From Phallusia mammillata (Eukaryota), in NCBI GenBank assembly GCA_965637545.1, contig OZ281501.1, positions 19,592,001 through 19,656,000 of the forward strand: 64,000 bases of DNA. Direction: 5' to 3'. The notes beneath the pieces were generated by a model. It was not told the DNA's origin and did no database searches. It saw only the letters and a list, made by a program, of their open reading frames with translations. How positions within the stretch are numbered: the stretch's first letter is position 1; each line of letters opens with the position of its first letter. Below are positions 11,243 to 23,485 of this stretch, one piece after another. The position numbers and the translations under genes are program-made.

Positions 11243-14200
11243 CTAACTCGGTCCAAATAAATTCACTGTGATGTTTGTGTACGTCGGGTGTAGATCACGT
11301 GACACAACCTGTCCAATCAAAACGTGCAATTCTTATTTCAGGAAATATTAATTTCGGATATTAGTCGTTGGGCCAGACAGGTTGCTGATGGAATATTTAG
11401 TCAACCAATGCAGGTTATAATTATTTTACTGATGGTTGCGGCTAGTTTGCTGGGATTCCACCCCCCTGCACGGAAACTGACTCACTTGATACTTGAGCGT
11501 GTTCAGTCCATCTTGATTCATTGTCTGATGAGTTTTCTGGATCATTTTGAACCTTTCAGGGTTTGCTTCGTTTCCTCTTTCGCGTTGGTGGGAAATCATC
11601 TTGTAGCTGCGACAAACACTTGTCAATCACAGTTCATGACGCTCAGTGACCAAACAATGACAATGATGGTGACGAAACAATCACAATAAAAACGATGGAG
11701 GGCATTTAATAAAGAGGGTAGCTTCCCAACCATTTGCAGAATCGTAAGCATTGTTTTGGAAAACAGCTTTTTGTCATCACAGCCCACGTGTTGTTACACA
11801 ATCCCGCCCACTTAATTACACAGAGCATTCACTGCATAATAAAATGTGTATATCGTGAAATCTCGGATAAAATTTGTCTATCGTGGGACGCGTCCCGCAC
11901 CTGGTGTACACCAAGCAATCTCGTTTCCCCCTTTACTTCAAACACAATAAGGAAGGTAGACGAGCGGTTGAAAGAAACAGCACTTATAAGGCAGTGAACG
12001 AATAATTAAAGACCTGTCCATATTGCTTGATAAGCCAGGTTGTCTCATTTTTTTACAGGCTTTGAACCCAGGACACTCCCGGGGACGAATCCCGATCTGT
12101 TTTTTGTCTCTATATGGGTCAGACGCGTCAGATCATTCGGCCAAGCTCCTGCCCACAAAGTTGACACCACACAAACAATGCGCACTGCGTCACCTGGTGT
12201 CGTAATACAAAATAAATACTCACCGCGAGATGTCGCTCGAGTAGCGCATAATATTCATTCCCTTAGTTTTGATTCTGCTGTACATGTCGTCGTCCTCCCC
12301 GCCCCATCCCCAGAAGGAATTCGAGTATCCGTTCACTTTCACAAACTGTTCGCGCGTCAGCTCCGTTACGCCACCTAGACAAAATAATTTTCAAAATCAA
12401 TATTTTTATCTACGAAATATTTACGATTACAGGCTGGTAATCGAGACTACAAACAGTTTTGCCACGGTTTGGTTTTCAGGTAATTTAAAAGGCTGGCAGG
12501 ATTTTTTTATCTTATACAAACAATATGTTGTTGATTTATCCAAAGTAAAAATAGGTTTGCAGCGGTATTGCGCCGGGCGGACATCGATAACTTTGGAATA
12601 TGCGAATCCTAATACCTTCTGATGTTGTAACTTACACATTTTTATAAAAAACAACAACCACAAACTAAACTACTTATGTCCAGCGTTTCAGGCAACATTC
12701 GTTTGTTGCAGCTTTCCCAGGGAATCACGGAGTCGGCGACAATATCGAAGTTGGGAGGCCGGCGAGATTTCAAGTACAAAGTGAACAACGCTTGAGCCCC
12801 ATTTTGTGTCGCTTGAAAATACACGCTTGATGGAAGTGCTAGTAACCCGGATGTACGTCGCTATCCCCCGGTTTAAGACGTCACAACAGTAGTTTATGAT
12901 GTCACGATTAATGAAAATGTTTTAAAAAAGTCTTTCAAAAAACAGGTTTTAAAGTAATTAGAAAGAAATTCCCTTGTTTGGGCAAAAAATGTTGACTTGA
13001 AACAAAATTTTACATTTCAATGATTCTGCTGTTTGTTCACCGCGTGTAAAACATAGTTAGGAATTGCTGAAAACCTGAGCGATATTTGGTCATAGTTGTT
13101 GGACGACACCTTTAATGTTTACAAACAGTTCCTTTTAAAATATTGATTGACTTGCGTGATTGTGAAAACCGGCTTTACAAAACTTGGAGCACAATTCGAA
13201 AGGGATTGAACGTCTAATTAGCGAGTTGTAAACGACTGTTAAGTGGTCAAGTGCTTTCCATTAGTTAAACAGTAGAGTTGACCGGCTATTGTCTTTACAA
13301 CAACAGACAATCTTTTACGAGTTTAGGGTATTTGTTTTCAGCAACGACTTTAACTATTTCGCAAGTGGACGCGCAGATTGTGAATTTGTTACGAACCAGT
13401 TGCTAAAAGTTTAATTTCTGTCTGGTTGCCAGCTGAGCAACTTACAGACGAACACTGCAACATATCCTGGTGCAGTTGCAAGCGAATCGCGAATCACCCG
13501 CTGAAAGTTCGCCTGGGAAACCGCACATTGGTGTTAAGTTTTCAACCTGAAGCTGCGATGCTTCGTAACTCTGTTTCCCACAAAAATTTCCTACTTACTA
13601 AACTTTATTGTTGGCAGTTGGCATCGTCGGGATTGCCCCAGATTATCGGGAAAATAAAAGCAAGCCTTCCTTCCCGACTTAACTTCCGGCATAATCCTAT
13701 CCAATCAATTTCCACTATGACCCAGTTATTGGCAGATTATCGCAAATCGAATGAAGTTTACGACCGGCTGTTGTATGTACTTTGCTTGTTGCAAACGCTT
13801 TTAACTATTATTGGCCAGATTTGGTAGCGTTTTTACGTCTGTTGCGAAACCCTACAAACCCTACACTAACAAATAATATACCCAAGCACTTGGCAAGTAA
13901 GTCAATTTTCTTAAGTGTTTCAGAAACACTTCATTTTTCCACTTTCCTCACCCAACTTGTGTTACTCACCAAATATGGCCGAATACGGAAGACGATAATT
14001 AAACTTGTCAACTCCCACGGATAAATGTCGTGGATTGTTTGGGCACGTGTAAAGGCACTTGTCATTTTCCAGGATTAAATCAACATCGTGAAAAACAAAG
14101 CAACCAAAATCATAATCTTTGGAAGCTTCCACAAAACCAATGTTCATCAGCTTGGCACGATTAAATTTCCCCGAGCCAAACTGCAAAGGTGCAAATTAAA

Positions 14201-15638
14201 AGTTTGGCCAATGTTTTTTATTGCAACAAAAATTTATAAAAGCCTTCTAAAGTTAATAATTTTCTACAAAAAGATTGTTTGGCTTTTTTGACTGTAAGTT
14301 ACTTTTAAACTCTGGGTATTGACATATGTAGCAGCAAAACATTTATTATTTAAAGTCTTTCAGTTAATGACCATCTGGTTATGTGGACTGGCCACTCCAT
14401 CAATCTTTCATAACAAGTGTTTTAAGGTGTTTGACCACTTGACAATATAAAAAACGCATTTTGATTTTTGTTACACTTCACTAAAAAACATAAAAACCAA
14501 TGTTGTATAGTCATGGGATTAAGGAAACTTATTGGCTAATATTGTGATTGTAGCACTTCCTTTATTAGTAAACTGATCGTTACCTGATTGATGATGTAAA
14601 TCCTGAAATCTAATTGCTGTCGTTGCAAAATTGGAAGCATAAAGTGCAAAAAATACTGAAAATGTTGATCACGATTGCGAAAGGGAATAATAATAGCAAC
14701 CTGAAAAAAATGATTTACTGCAGAATTACAAATTTAGAAATTTTAGACCAACTTTGTTGACAGTGATAGTTTTTTAGTTATGAAGGGCATCTCAAACCTT
14801 AGAGCGAGCTTTACAAAATGGGGGCTGAAAATGTCCACCATCCTTTCCAAGTGGGTTGTCAGCAGCTATTGCATCAAATGTTCCTGGTTTATTGGAAAAA
14901 GAAATTTCCAGGGAACCCTGAAAAAAAAAATTTTAAATATTTTTACAAAACAAAGCAAATATCTTTAAAAAGGTCTTTGTTTGAATAACCTGTAAATGTG
15001 GGGGATCAGCCGGACAATCTGGCAATATTTCCCCTGTACTGTTTCTTCCAGTTGTCGACCCAATATGTTTTATTGTTAGATTGAAATTTTTGGATGTAGC
15101 TTGATCTTGTTCCTCTTTACTTTTCTCAGCAATTGTTGTCAGTTTTACAAAAGTTGTAATTGTTGAAGGTCTTTCTGATGCTGATATATTCAAAGTTGAT
15201 ATGATTGGAGTGACAGCAAATAAAAAACTTGAATTATGGATGATGCTTGAACTGTTGTTGCTACTTGTTGTATTCTTGTGACTCAACCATCCGTCGACAT
15301 GAACAGTTCCATTCCTCAACAAATTTGTAACTTGGGAATTCAATGAAAGTTTGGCCATTTGGACCCATCGCTGATTAAACTGAAGATCAATCTACAAAAA
15401 AATTAAGTCAATAAAATTTTTTGAGCTGTTTGTGGAAAGTACACACAGAAGAGACAATAGGTAGAGTCTACCCATTACAACTTCAGTTGCTTACCTGGGA
15501 AGCTAAAAGAGTCCATAGTATTGGCACTTGGATACAAACCACAACAAAAAGGGCAATTCTTCTGCTTCGCAAATTCAGGTGTGAATGAGATTCTCTAATT
15601 TTTTCCAATGAAGTAGAATCAATTTTAATTTGTACCAT
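11243..15638 (-). CDS. Beta-1,4-galactosyltransferase family (GT7) type II membrane glycosyltransferase, Ile-type, possibly beta-4-GalNAcT
   Basis: The exons give an N-terminal TM (RRIALFVVVCIQVPILWTLLAS), a Ser/Thr-rich stem, then CKARSKVAIIIPFRNR, FNRAKLMNIG, FHDVDL (DxD), PRHLSVGVDKFNYRLPYSAIFGG, VNGYSNSFWGWGGEDDDM, YKMISHQRERGNEANPERF, DGLNTLKY and YTNITVNLFGPS*. Confidence 0.92.
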
Positions 15639-16973
15639 GACTTCTGCATCTGCTTTCCAAAACCTCTCCCACACTCAGAAACATTTCACTTCATTTTTAA
15701 TTATTTTCAAACTACAGTGAAACAGGGAAATATATTGCACATATTTTCAGTCTGCCAGAAAATAAAAAAAATGCTTAAAACGCCACACGAAATTTACTTC
15801 ATCCCACAGGAAAATGAGTGCAAGCAAACCTGGGCAAAGTATCTGCCAACCTTTCTAATACAAGGGCGCATAATGTGCACTATCGCTTGCAATCATTCAA
15901 CCTTTCGATTCTGCCACTTTTCCCACTCTCTAGTCTCATGTGTGACCGAGCTGGGGACGCAATGTTAACCCGCTGCTTGTCCAACTGTGTCTGCCCACTG
16001 TGAGTGCAACGCTACAGACACTCAACACACGAGCATAGCACTGTTGTTTTTTTGCCCGGTTCGCCTTCGGGGAAAACCCATCTTGAAAACAACTTAACAG
16101 CGCCACCGCCTGGCGGTTTATTTGACGCGAACCGGATAAAATCGGTGCCATCCAGCAACAACAGGGGAATGAGCGAGTCATATGGCGCTCCAATAACGTT
16201 CTAGATACGACGCTTGTCTCGGTCGATAAAAGAACACAAAATCGTGACCGGAAGCGTTTAATTTAATCCGGCGGAGTACATCGTTCGCATCATATTTGCC
16301 AGTGGGCCACCTGTGCACAGTTTGGACAAAATTAGTTTGACAAAGTCTCTGTCATGCTGGTGACAAGCAGTGAAAAAAGTTCTGGAAAAACATTATCTCT
16401 GGGACGGCGTCTACCAACTAAACCCAATGGCGAAAATAGCCTATACCGATTATTAAGTATATTTGACTTAAGTTCCTTTGCTGAATGAAATCCCCGGATA
16501 ATATTCGTATTCTTATGAAAAACTCTGAAGTGATTTTATTCTCAGCTTTCAATTGTTTATTTTATTTCTGTGACTTTGATAGAATTAGCCCAATTTTCTT
16601 ACTGGTAAGCTATACAGAGTATAGTCGCTTTACTTTGAAAGAAGTAATTTTGCAGATATTTTTCGTCCACCAATAACAATAAACCATAAAGCGATGATCG
16701 TTACAACTGCAAAGTATGACAAACAACAGCGGGATACAAAATTAATAATGTGACGGACAAAAGTTCTTCCCGGAACAAAAGACGCACGAAAACTAACAGT
16801 TCACAAACACCGCTGCTTTTCCATTTAATCTTCGCAGTAAAACTTTCAAACGATTTTTTTTAAATTATCCTTACAATTCAATAGCAACAGAAAAATTTAA
16901 TAGCTTATAGGCCATCACATAATGTTACAGGTTTATAAGCTTTGTGGCAAACTAACAATGATTCATTCTAGGT

Positions 16974-17540
16974 CATGGGTCTGCAAAGTTCGGTCCGCCG
17001 GTTTGATGCGATCAACCAAGATCTTTAGTCCGGGCTGCCGTGCTTCCGTCAAACATTCTTAAACAGTAAATGTCGGAATTAATAAGAAATATAATTTACC
17101 AAAACTAACTTTATAACGCTACATGTTACAGCGAAGCCGATACAGAGATGGCTGCGAAAAGTTTTAAAGTTTAAATTCGAAAACAAGATGAACAAAACAA
17201 CACCTGTGAGCCCCATACAAATATGTTGAATATCATTGGTCAAAGATTTGTTTTTTCTGACTTTTCGCTTCGAGTTGAGCCAGGTAAATTTTCACATGCA
17301 TAATATTACACAACTTCGAATAGAATGTTATCTCAATACTGCCAAGGCGGTCCCTGAGAGGGCCGCAAAGTGATGTTGTTGGAAGCGCTGTGAATTGGTT
17401 CCGAAAAAAATTAGTCTTATTGTGACATAAAAACCTGGGTCGTTAAATATTCTAACCTATTTTGATCCCAACCTTAGCGTATTTTTAATACTCGTGTTAA
17501 TTTCACTACCCGCTGAGCATGAAATAGTTTGCAGACCCTG
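16974..17540. mobile_element. Degenerate hAT-like MITE
   Basis: Imperfect TIRs catgggtctgcaaagt / agtttgcagaccctg; no clear TSD. Confidence 0.5.
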
Positions 17541-18185
17541 TGAAAGGCCATGACCCACACTATGGTAACCACTATTTTATCCGATCGCCGTGTGAACGAT
17601 TTTATTTATTGGCAATAGTTTCAGTTCAATCCATCACAAGTTTAGGAATGAAGTTCAAAAGGCAAGATTAAACAAAAAAAATGTTTTGTTTGTTAACGGC
17701 AATCTGAAGGCGCAGTAAAAATATATATTCAATAATCTGATTTTTAAACCTAAGCATATTTTTTAAATGTATTCAGCAAGAACTCGACAAATGTTTTTTA
17801 TTGTCTTCGGGATGGTGATTTCTATGTTTCAACTCAGTTTGGTCATGCAAGACTGGTTTTGTTTACACAAGGAATGATTTTGTGGACGACAAAAGATCAA
17901 GTAAAAGTTTCGTTGCTTTGTTTCCGTTTTTAATTTATGTACCCTAAAATATTTGCACCGTTAGTAATATATAGAAAATAGCGGTAGTTATGTAGTTTCT
18001 CTGCTGGTTCAGTCTAGATGGATGAGATAACCGTTCTTGTGTTATGTACACTAATATCTGTAAAGGTAACTGGGATACTCATTACTGGATTTGGTAGGTA
18101 TTATGTACATCTGTTGAGGGTTTAGTTGGACATTTTTAACATATTGTTTGGTGACAACTTGTACAAATTACACAAGTTGTAAAAG

Positions 18186-21100
18186 ATGACAAACCGATGC
18201 ATGTTTAAAACTCAACTGCCTAATGTTGATCAACTTTGCCATGCAGTTCTGCAAGTTGCTGAAAGTAAACAACAATTCCACCACCAAGTAGGTTTCTCCT
18301 GACAAAATAAGCAGTTCTGACTGAATGATCATATTCTTGCAGGCACTAAAATGTCGTCAACTACTTTTCTTATGCAAAGATGTTATTGCTTCACCAAACA
18401 TGGAGAATATAAGAAACATTGATGTCGTTATGCAAGTTACATTTTATAAAGCCAAGTTATTGTCAGTTTGTAAAAGGCTCAACTTAAAGGTAGGTTGTAT
18501 CTTATTTGTTATAACTTCTGTTCAAAACAGTTCTTTTTATCAGCGAAAAACTCCAATTACTTAAACAAAATTGTAGTGGGTCCTTGGCTTCAGAAATTTA
18601 TTGCAATCTGTAAAATTAAAACCAATAATTTAAAAAGCATATTTAAATTTTAGCCACTGCAAGCATCCAAGGTTGCAAATTATGTACTGGAAAGATGTGC
18701 AATGTACACAATCAAGTTTAAAATGGTTTCAATTTGGCCACAAGTTGGACAAGTGTTAATTAACAATCCTGATTTTATTTTATGTCGTGGAAAAATGCCA
18801 GCAGTCAGTAAGTACAAGTTTTAAAGTTTGTTTTCCCATAATTTCAGCAGAGCATAGCGGAAACATTGATTGCATATGTGTTAGGATGGTAACTATCTTT
18901 GTGTTAAACTCGGATAGGACAAATGCCTAAAAATCTCACCAATATTCGTCATGTATTATTGTCTTCTGAGCATTTTTTTTTAACTTTGTAACAGTACGTA
19001 AAAATACCATTGAGATCAATAGCAGTTAAGCAAGATTCACACCAGACGCGGTTGGCGGATAGCGACACGTTTTTGCGTTCGACGTCAAGCGACGGGGTAT
19101 TCACACCAGACAGCGACTTGCCGTGACGGCGTGATTTTCTCGGTTGAAACGGCTTTCTCGGTTGAAATCGGATTTAACTTTTCCGTCAGCCCCGCTAGAC
19201 TGCTGGATGAAAAACTCGGTATTCGGCGGGTGCTCGACTTGTTTAAGATACATTTCTGCTTGATTTAGGTCTTTTTGTTTGTAGGTGGGTTGTTTTATCG
19301 TTTTTACCAAGAAAATAAGAATGAAGTACTGATAGTATTGGTACAAATTGTCTTGTTTTAATTGTTTTTTGTCTGTTTTTAGTAAATTAGTTTGAAATGG
19401 TCGTTTAAATAGTTTGAAATTAAATACTGAACACAAACATACTAAAATTTTCTTACCAGTGGTTTAAAGAACTTCTATTCACAGCTTTTTGTTTAGTCTT
19501 GGGTTTTTTTCGAAATGATTTTGTAATTATCTAATCACTACTTTGCAAAAAGAAAAGTACAAGAGAGGTGCTGCTGTTGAAATCTTACCAGGATGGAATC
19601 ACTATTCATATGAGCCTATGTGTAGGTGAGTTTTGGTATAAGTTATAAATGTATTGCTCCTTTAACAACTATGATTTGTTGCAGAAGTGTAGGAACTTTT
19701 ACTAATCTACATGTCTATGACTGATTCAGCAACTCCAGTGCACCTGTTCAATAAACTTCATGGCAAGAAAAGAAAATGTTATATTTGAATTTCCAGGTTG
19801 GTATACTTGAATAAAAATGTAGTTTCTGCCGATCAACTGTTCCATATATATTTCCATAGAGTTCAAGATATGAATTTGTGACATGTTTGTCAGACTTGGA
19901 AAGCAAATTCCCAATAAAAACCTCATCCAACATCACAGATCAAATTGATGAAGTTACAAACTTCAGAAAAGTATGCCACAAGCCAAAGAATACAAGTTTT
20001 TTTCTCGCATTTGACAACATTTAGCATCATTGTAATTGTGCAACAATGTGCAAATTTAATGTAAATGCATCTTTTTACATTTAAGCTTTTTTATATGTTG
20101 TTGTATGATTGTTTTCTTTGCGTTTCTGCAATCTTGTGTTTTCTAAAATGTGTTCATTTATGTTATTGCTATTATATTACCAACTTTGAAACATAAAGTG
20201 TCTGTAAAACAGGAAAGTGTGTTTCAACAGCAATGACAGAAGTAAACTTAATCCAATGTTGCTGTTGTAATTGTTTTTGGAAACATTTTACCGTGGAATG
20301 ATGATCAACATTATATTTTGTCACAAACTAAACGGAAATTTGTAGCAACTTTCTTAAGACGTAGAAACACTCAATATGTCAAGCACATTGACCCAGTTTT
20401 CTTAGCAACAAAAGTCGTCGACGGCAACCGCACTGCCGGTGTGAAGGGCCAGCGTCGCGTCAAACGTTACGCGCAAAATCCGCCAACAACCGCCGGCGCT
20501 GACATCGCTAGCCGCCACCGTCAACCGCGTCTGGTGTGCAGAGCCCTTTACTCTTGACCAATGAGTTTGTAAAACAGCCAACATAAAGTTTGTACCATAC
20601 GCAGTTTCGGAACCTAAACGTTATTTTGAGAGTAAATATTTTGCGAAACAAGAGAAAAGTGGTGTTCTTGAGGATGGTAGCACATGGATCTTTGTGTAAT
20701 ATTTAATGCGGTTTTGCAATACACAAACATACACTCATGGGAAAAACTGACAAACATGATAACATAGCCAGATAGCCTCAAATATTTGTTATTCTATTTT
20801 GTGGCATACCTGCTAAAAAACAAAGTTGTTGCCTACAGCAGCTATGATAGTGTTTCTCAACCTGGGGAGGGGTGTGTGGAAAAAACACTCAAGTTATATT
20901 GTATATCCCTGAGCACATTTATTTTTCTGTTGGGTTAAAATGAGCTGATTTGTTACACTTTAGTGAAGCACTGTTTAATGTGTTTATGCAGATCTTGAAC
21001 TACGAGTGACTGGTGAAGAAATGATTATTCATGTGACACCGTATCTTGTGAAACTTCCACCGACTCACTTGGAAAGTTTTGGGATTTGTTCTGAAGTATT

Positions 21101-23281
21101 GCTTGCAATAGAAATATATATATATTGCCAATTTACTCACAGAAATTTCATATTTCTCAAGGCATTGGAAAGATTTCGATTAGACCCAAACTATGAGATA
21201 ACAGAATGCTTCATCAATCTATCTTGGTGCCACATTTTGCCATCAATGAAACGTGGTCAGATTGTTAAAATTACAAGAAAACTTTCTACAAACCTGGATG
21301 GAATTATTTTTGCAGATTATGAAGCTATTCGCAAATATTGGAGAAATCAGGTAAAAATGCAGCACTAAACATTTATTAGAAAGTTATATGAAACCTCTGA
21401 TGTTAAATAGGATATGTAAGAGATTTTTAAAACTTCCCACCAACCAGCTGGTTAATGTGCTTCATTGGATTAATCATAGCTCCGAACATGCCTTTTATAT
21501 TTATTTGTGTTGGATGGTTTTAGGTTGCACCTATAAAATGTAAATGATGAAAACCGTTGCCGGTATTGTGACATGATTCTTTAACTAAATGGATGGCACT
21601 GCTGTTGTATTTGGATTTAAAAAAGTTAGGCAGTATCTTCAAAAGCTTGTTGTTTTTGTGTAAAGCCATATCACCTGTAGGTTAAATTAGTCGGTTTGGA
21701 ACATGTGTTAGAAACTGGAAGCATTGGCTTACGTGAGTAATTTGTTGAAACATTTTTTTTCTACAGTATGGATATCGTCTCCCTGCAGAAGATTGTGACG
21801 TGATATATTGCAGTGTATACATGAAAGCACTAAGCGAACACACTTTTACATATCCACTTTCTTGTGTAAGAAGCCACAAAGTGCTGCATCTCCCTCGATG
21901 TGATGGACATAACATCATCAAGGTAATATTATAAAATCATATTGTTCTTCACCAATATTTGTATGTTTGTACTATTTTTATCCTAGATATGCTTACAATA
22001 AATTTGCCTCCAAGATGCCTGTTTTATTGCAACAGTAAATTCAGGTCTTTTACAGTTTTTTGCTTGGTACCCTTTAGTTTCATAAATTTTTACCACCCCT
22101 CCTAAGTGTTTAAAACATACAATCTTGCAAATGTAAGCTTTTAGTTATTTGGCCTGTATCAAACACTCATTTGTTGTCAGCAGTTTGTCATCTGAAATAT
22201 TACTTTCTTTTATACCACTGTAACCAGTTCATGTTTTAAACACTACGAGCATGTCAGACAGGTTTGTGTGATCCAGTATTAGACGCTTATCCCATCTTCT
22301 TCCCAAACACCAAAAACACTGAGAGGTTATATTTATTTTGTAGACATTTTTGGCAAACATGCATGAAAGAGTTGATACAATCTGTGGAAGTCGATTACAA
22401 GTTTCACCGCAGATGCTCAACACAACCACTCATCTCACAAACTCCAAGCAGGTTGTTATAGAATTTTGTTGCTTGTAATCCGTGTAACTGACATTCGCTT
22501 ACTTCACATTAGTTGACTGAGAATTTCAACAGCAACATTTGTGAAGATAAATCGTGGGACAACATTCCTGAAAAACCACAAGTCGTTCCATCCAACTCGA
22601 CTCTTATAAAGTACTCTCACCAGAAATCTTCACTTCAATGTGTAAATAAACATGCTTTGCATAACTTTTGGTTGCTTGTTTTTTTGTATTTCTTAACAAA
22701 ATTAAAACCTGTCTTTGCAGGTCCCTGGGAGCAGTGATGTGATTCCTTCAACGCAACAAACTATGAACAAAACTAATAAAAGTAAATTATGTTTGTTTTC
22801 ACCACCGAGCTGACTCAAGCTACCAATAAACTTTGTGTGTATTTGGATTGTCAGGTAAAATTGCAGGAATTGACAAAAAACTTCTGCACAAATTTCCACT
22901 AACCAGCTCTGGAAAGTATATCCCAGTTTTCGGCAATCCATCAACACAAAGTAAACCAGGTAAGCCATAAAAACATTTAGCTTTATTTATTGAGAAGCAT
23001 AGTTAAAAATTTACACATGCGAGATTGAAAACATAGGAAGAACAGAAAAGCTCAAAAATAAGGATGTGGATAAGAGGCAAGGTAGGAAAAGGAAGCAGCC
23101 GAGCAGATGTGAACCAACCGGCAGTGCCAGCAAGTTTGACAGCCTGTTTGCATCAGCTAGCAAACAATCTTGTAAAAAACCTTCTGGTTCAAGCCCTTTC
23201 AGTTCCATGGAAGTTGATCGTGGTAGTGGTAACTCGAAAGCTTTCGACATGATATTCTCCAGCGCCAGAAGCAGCAAATAA
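18186..23281 (+). CDS. C18orf63: C18orf63-like (DUF4708/DUF4709) protein, multi-exon; middle/3' exon boundaries partly inferred
   Basis: Exons MTNRCMFKTQLPNVDQLC..., ALKCRQLLFLCKDVIASP...VVMQVTFYK, WCHILPSMKRGQIV and YGYRLP...HTFTYPLSCVRS match my recollection of vertebrate C18orf63 motifs (KMCRQLLFL, WCYVLPSMKMGQI, YGYKLP, TFTYPLSCIRS). The last exon is Lys/Ser-rich and ends at 23281. Confidence 0.75.
19029..20547. mobile_element. Non-autonomous PIF/Harbinger-like DNA transposon (1.5 kb) in a C18orf63-like intron
   Basis: TIRs agcaagattcacaccagacgcggtt / aaccgcgtctggtgtgcagagccct, a 3-bp TSD TTA on both sides (19026-28, 20548-50) and GC-rich subterminal regions. Confidence 0.75.
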
Positions 23282-23485
23282 ACAGAAGTTTGGCTTTAAA
23301 TCATCTGAAATAAAACCGTGCATCACAAACAGCAGGAATGTGGGCCATAAGCTACCAGTGTTTAATGCTCAATATTATAACTGACAGACAAGAACAGTTC
23401 CAAAAGAAGCGAAATTTGATGGTTGGTTTAAGTTGTGTTTTCTTATTGAAGCTTTCTTTAATTTGTTTGCAATAAAAAAGTTTGT

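Noticed and set aside
13426-13827. 133-aa plus-strand ORF nested in the B4GALT intron
   Set aside because: No recognisable domain and no linked exons; treated as a chance ORF.
19748-19936. Minus-strand ORF as a Harbinger transposase remnant (IYGTVDRQKLHF resembling CIGAIDGKHI)
   Set aside because: Similarity is too weak by eye, and the plus strand has a better exon/intron explanation; needs BLASTX.
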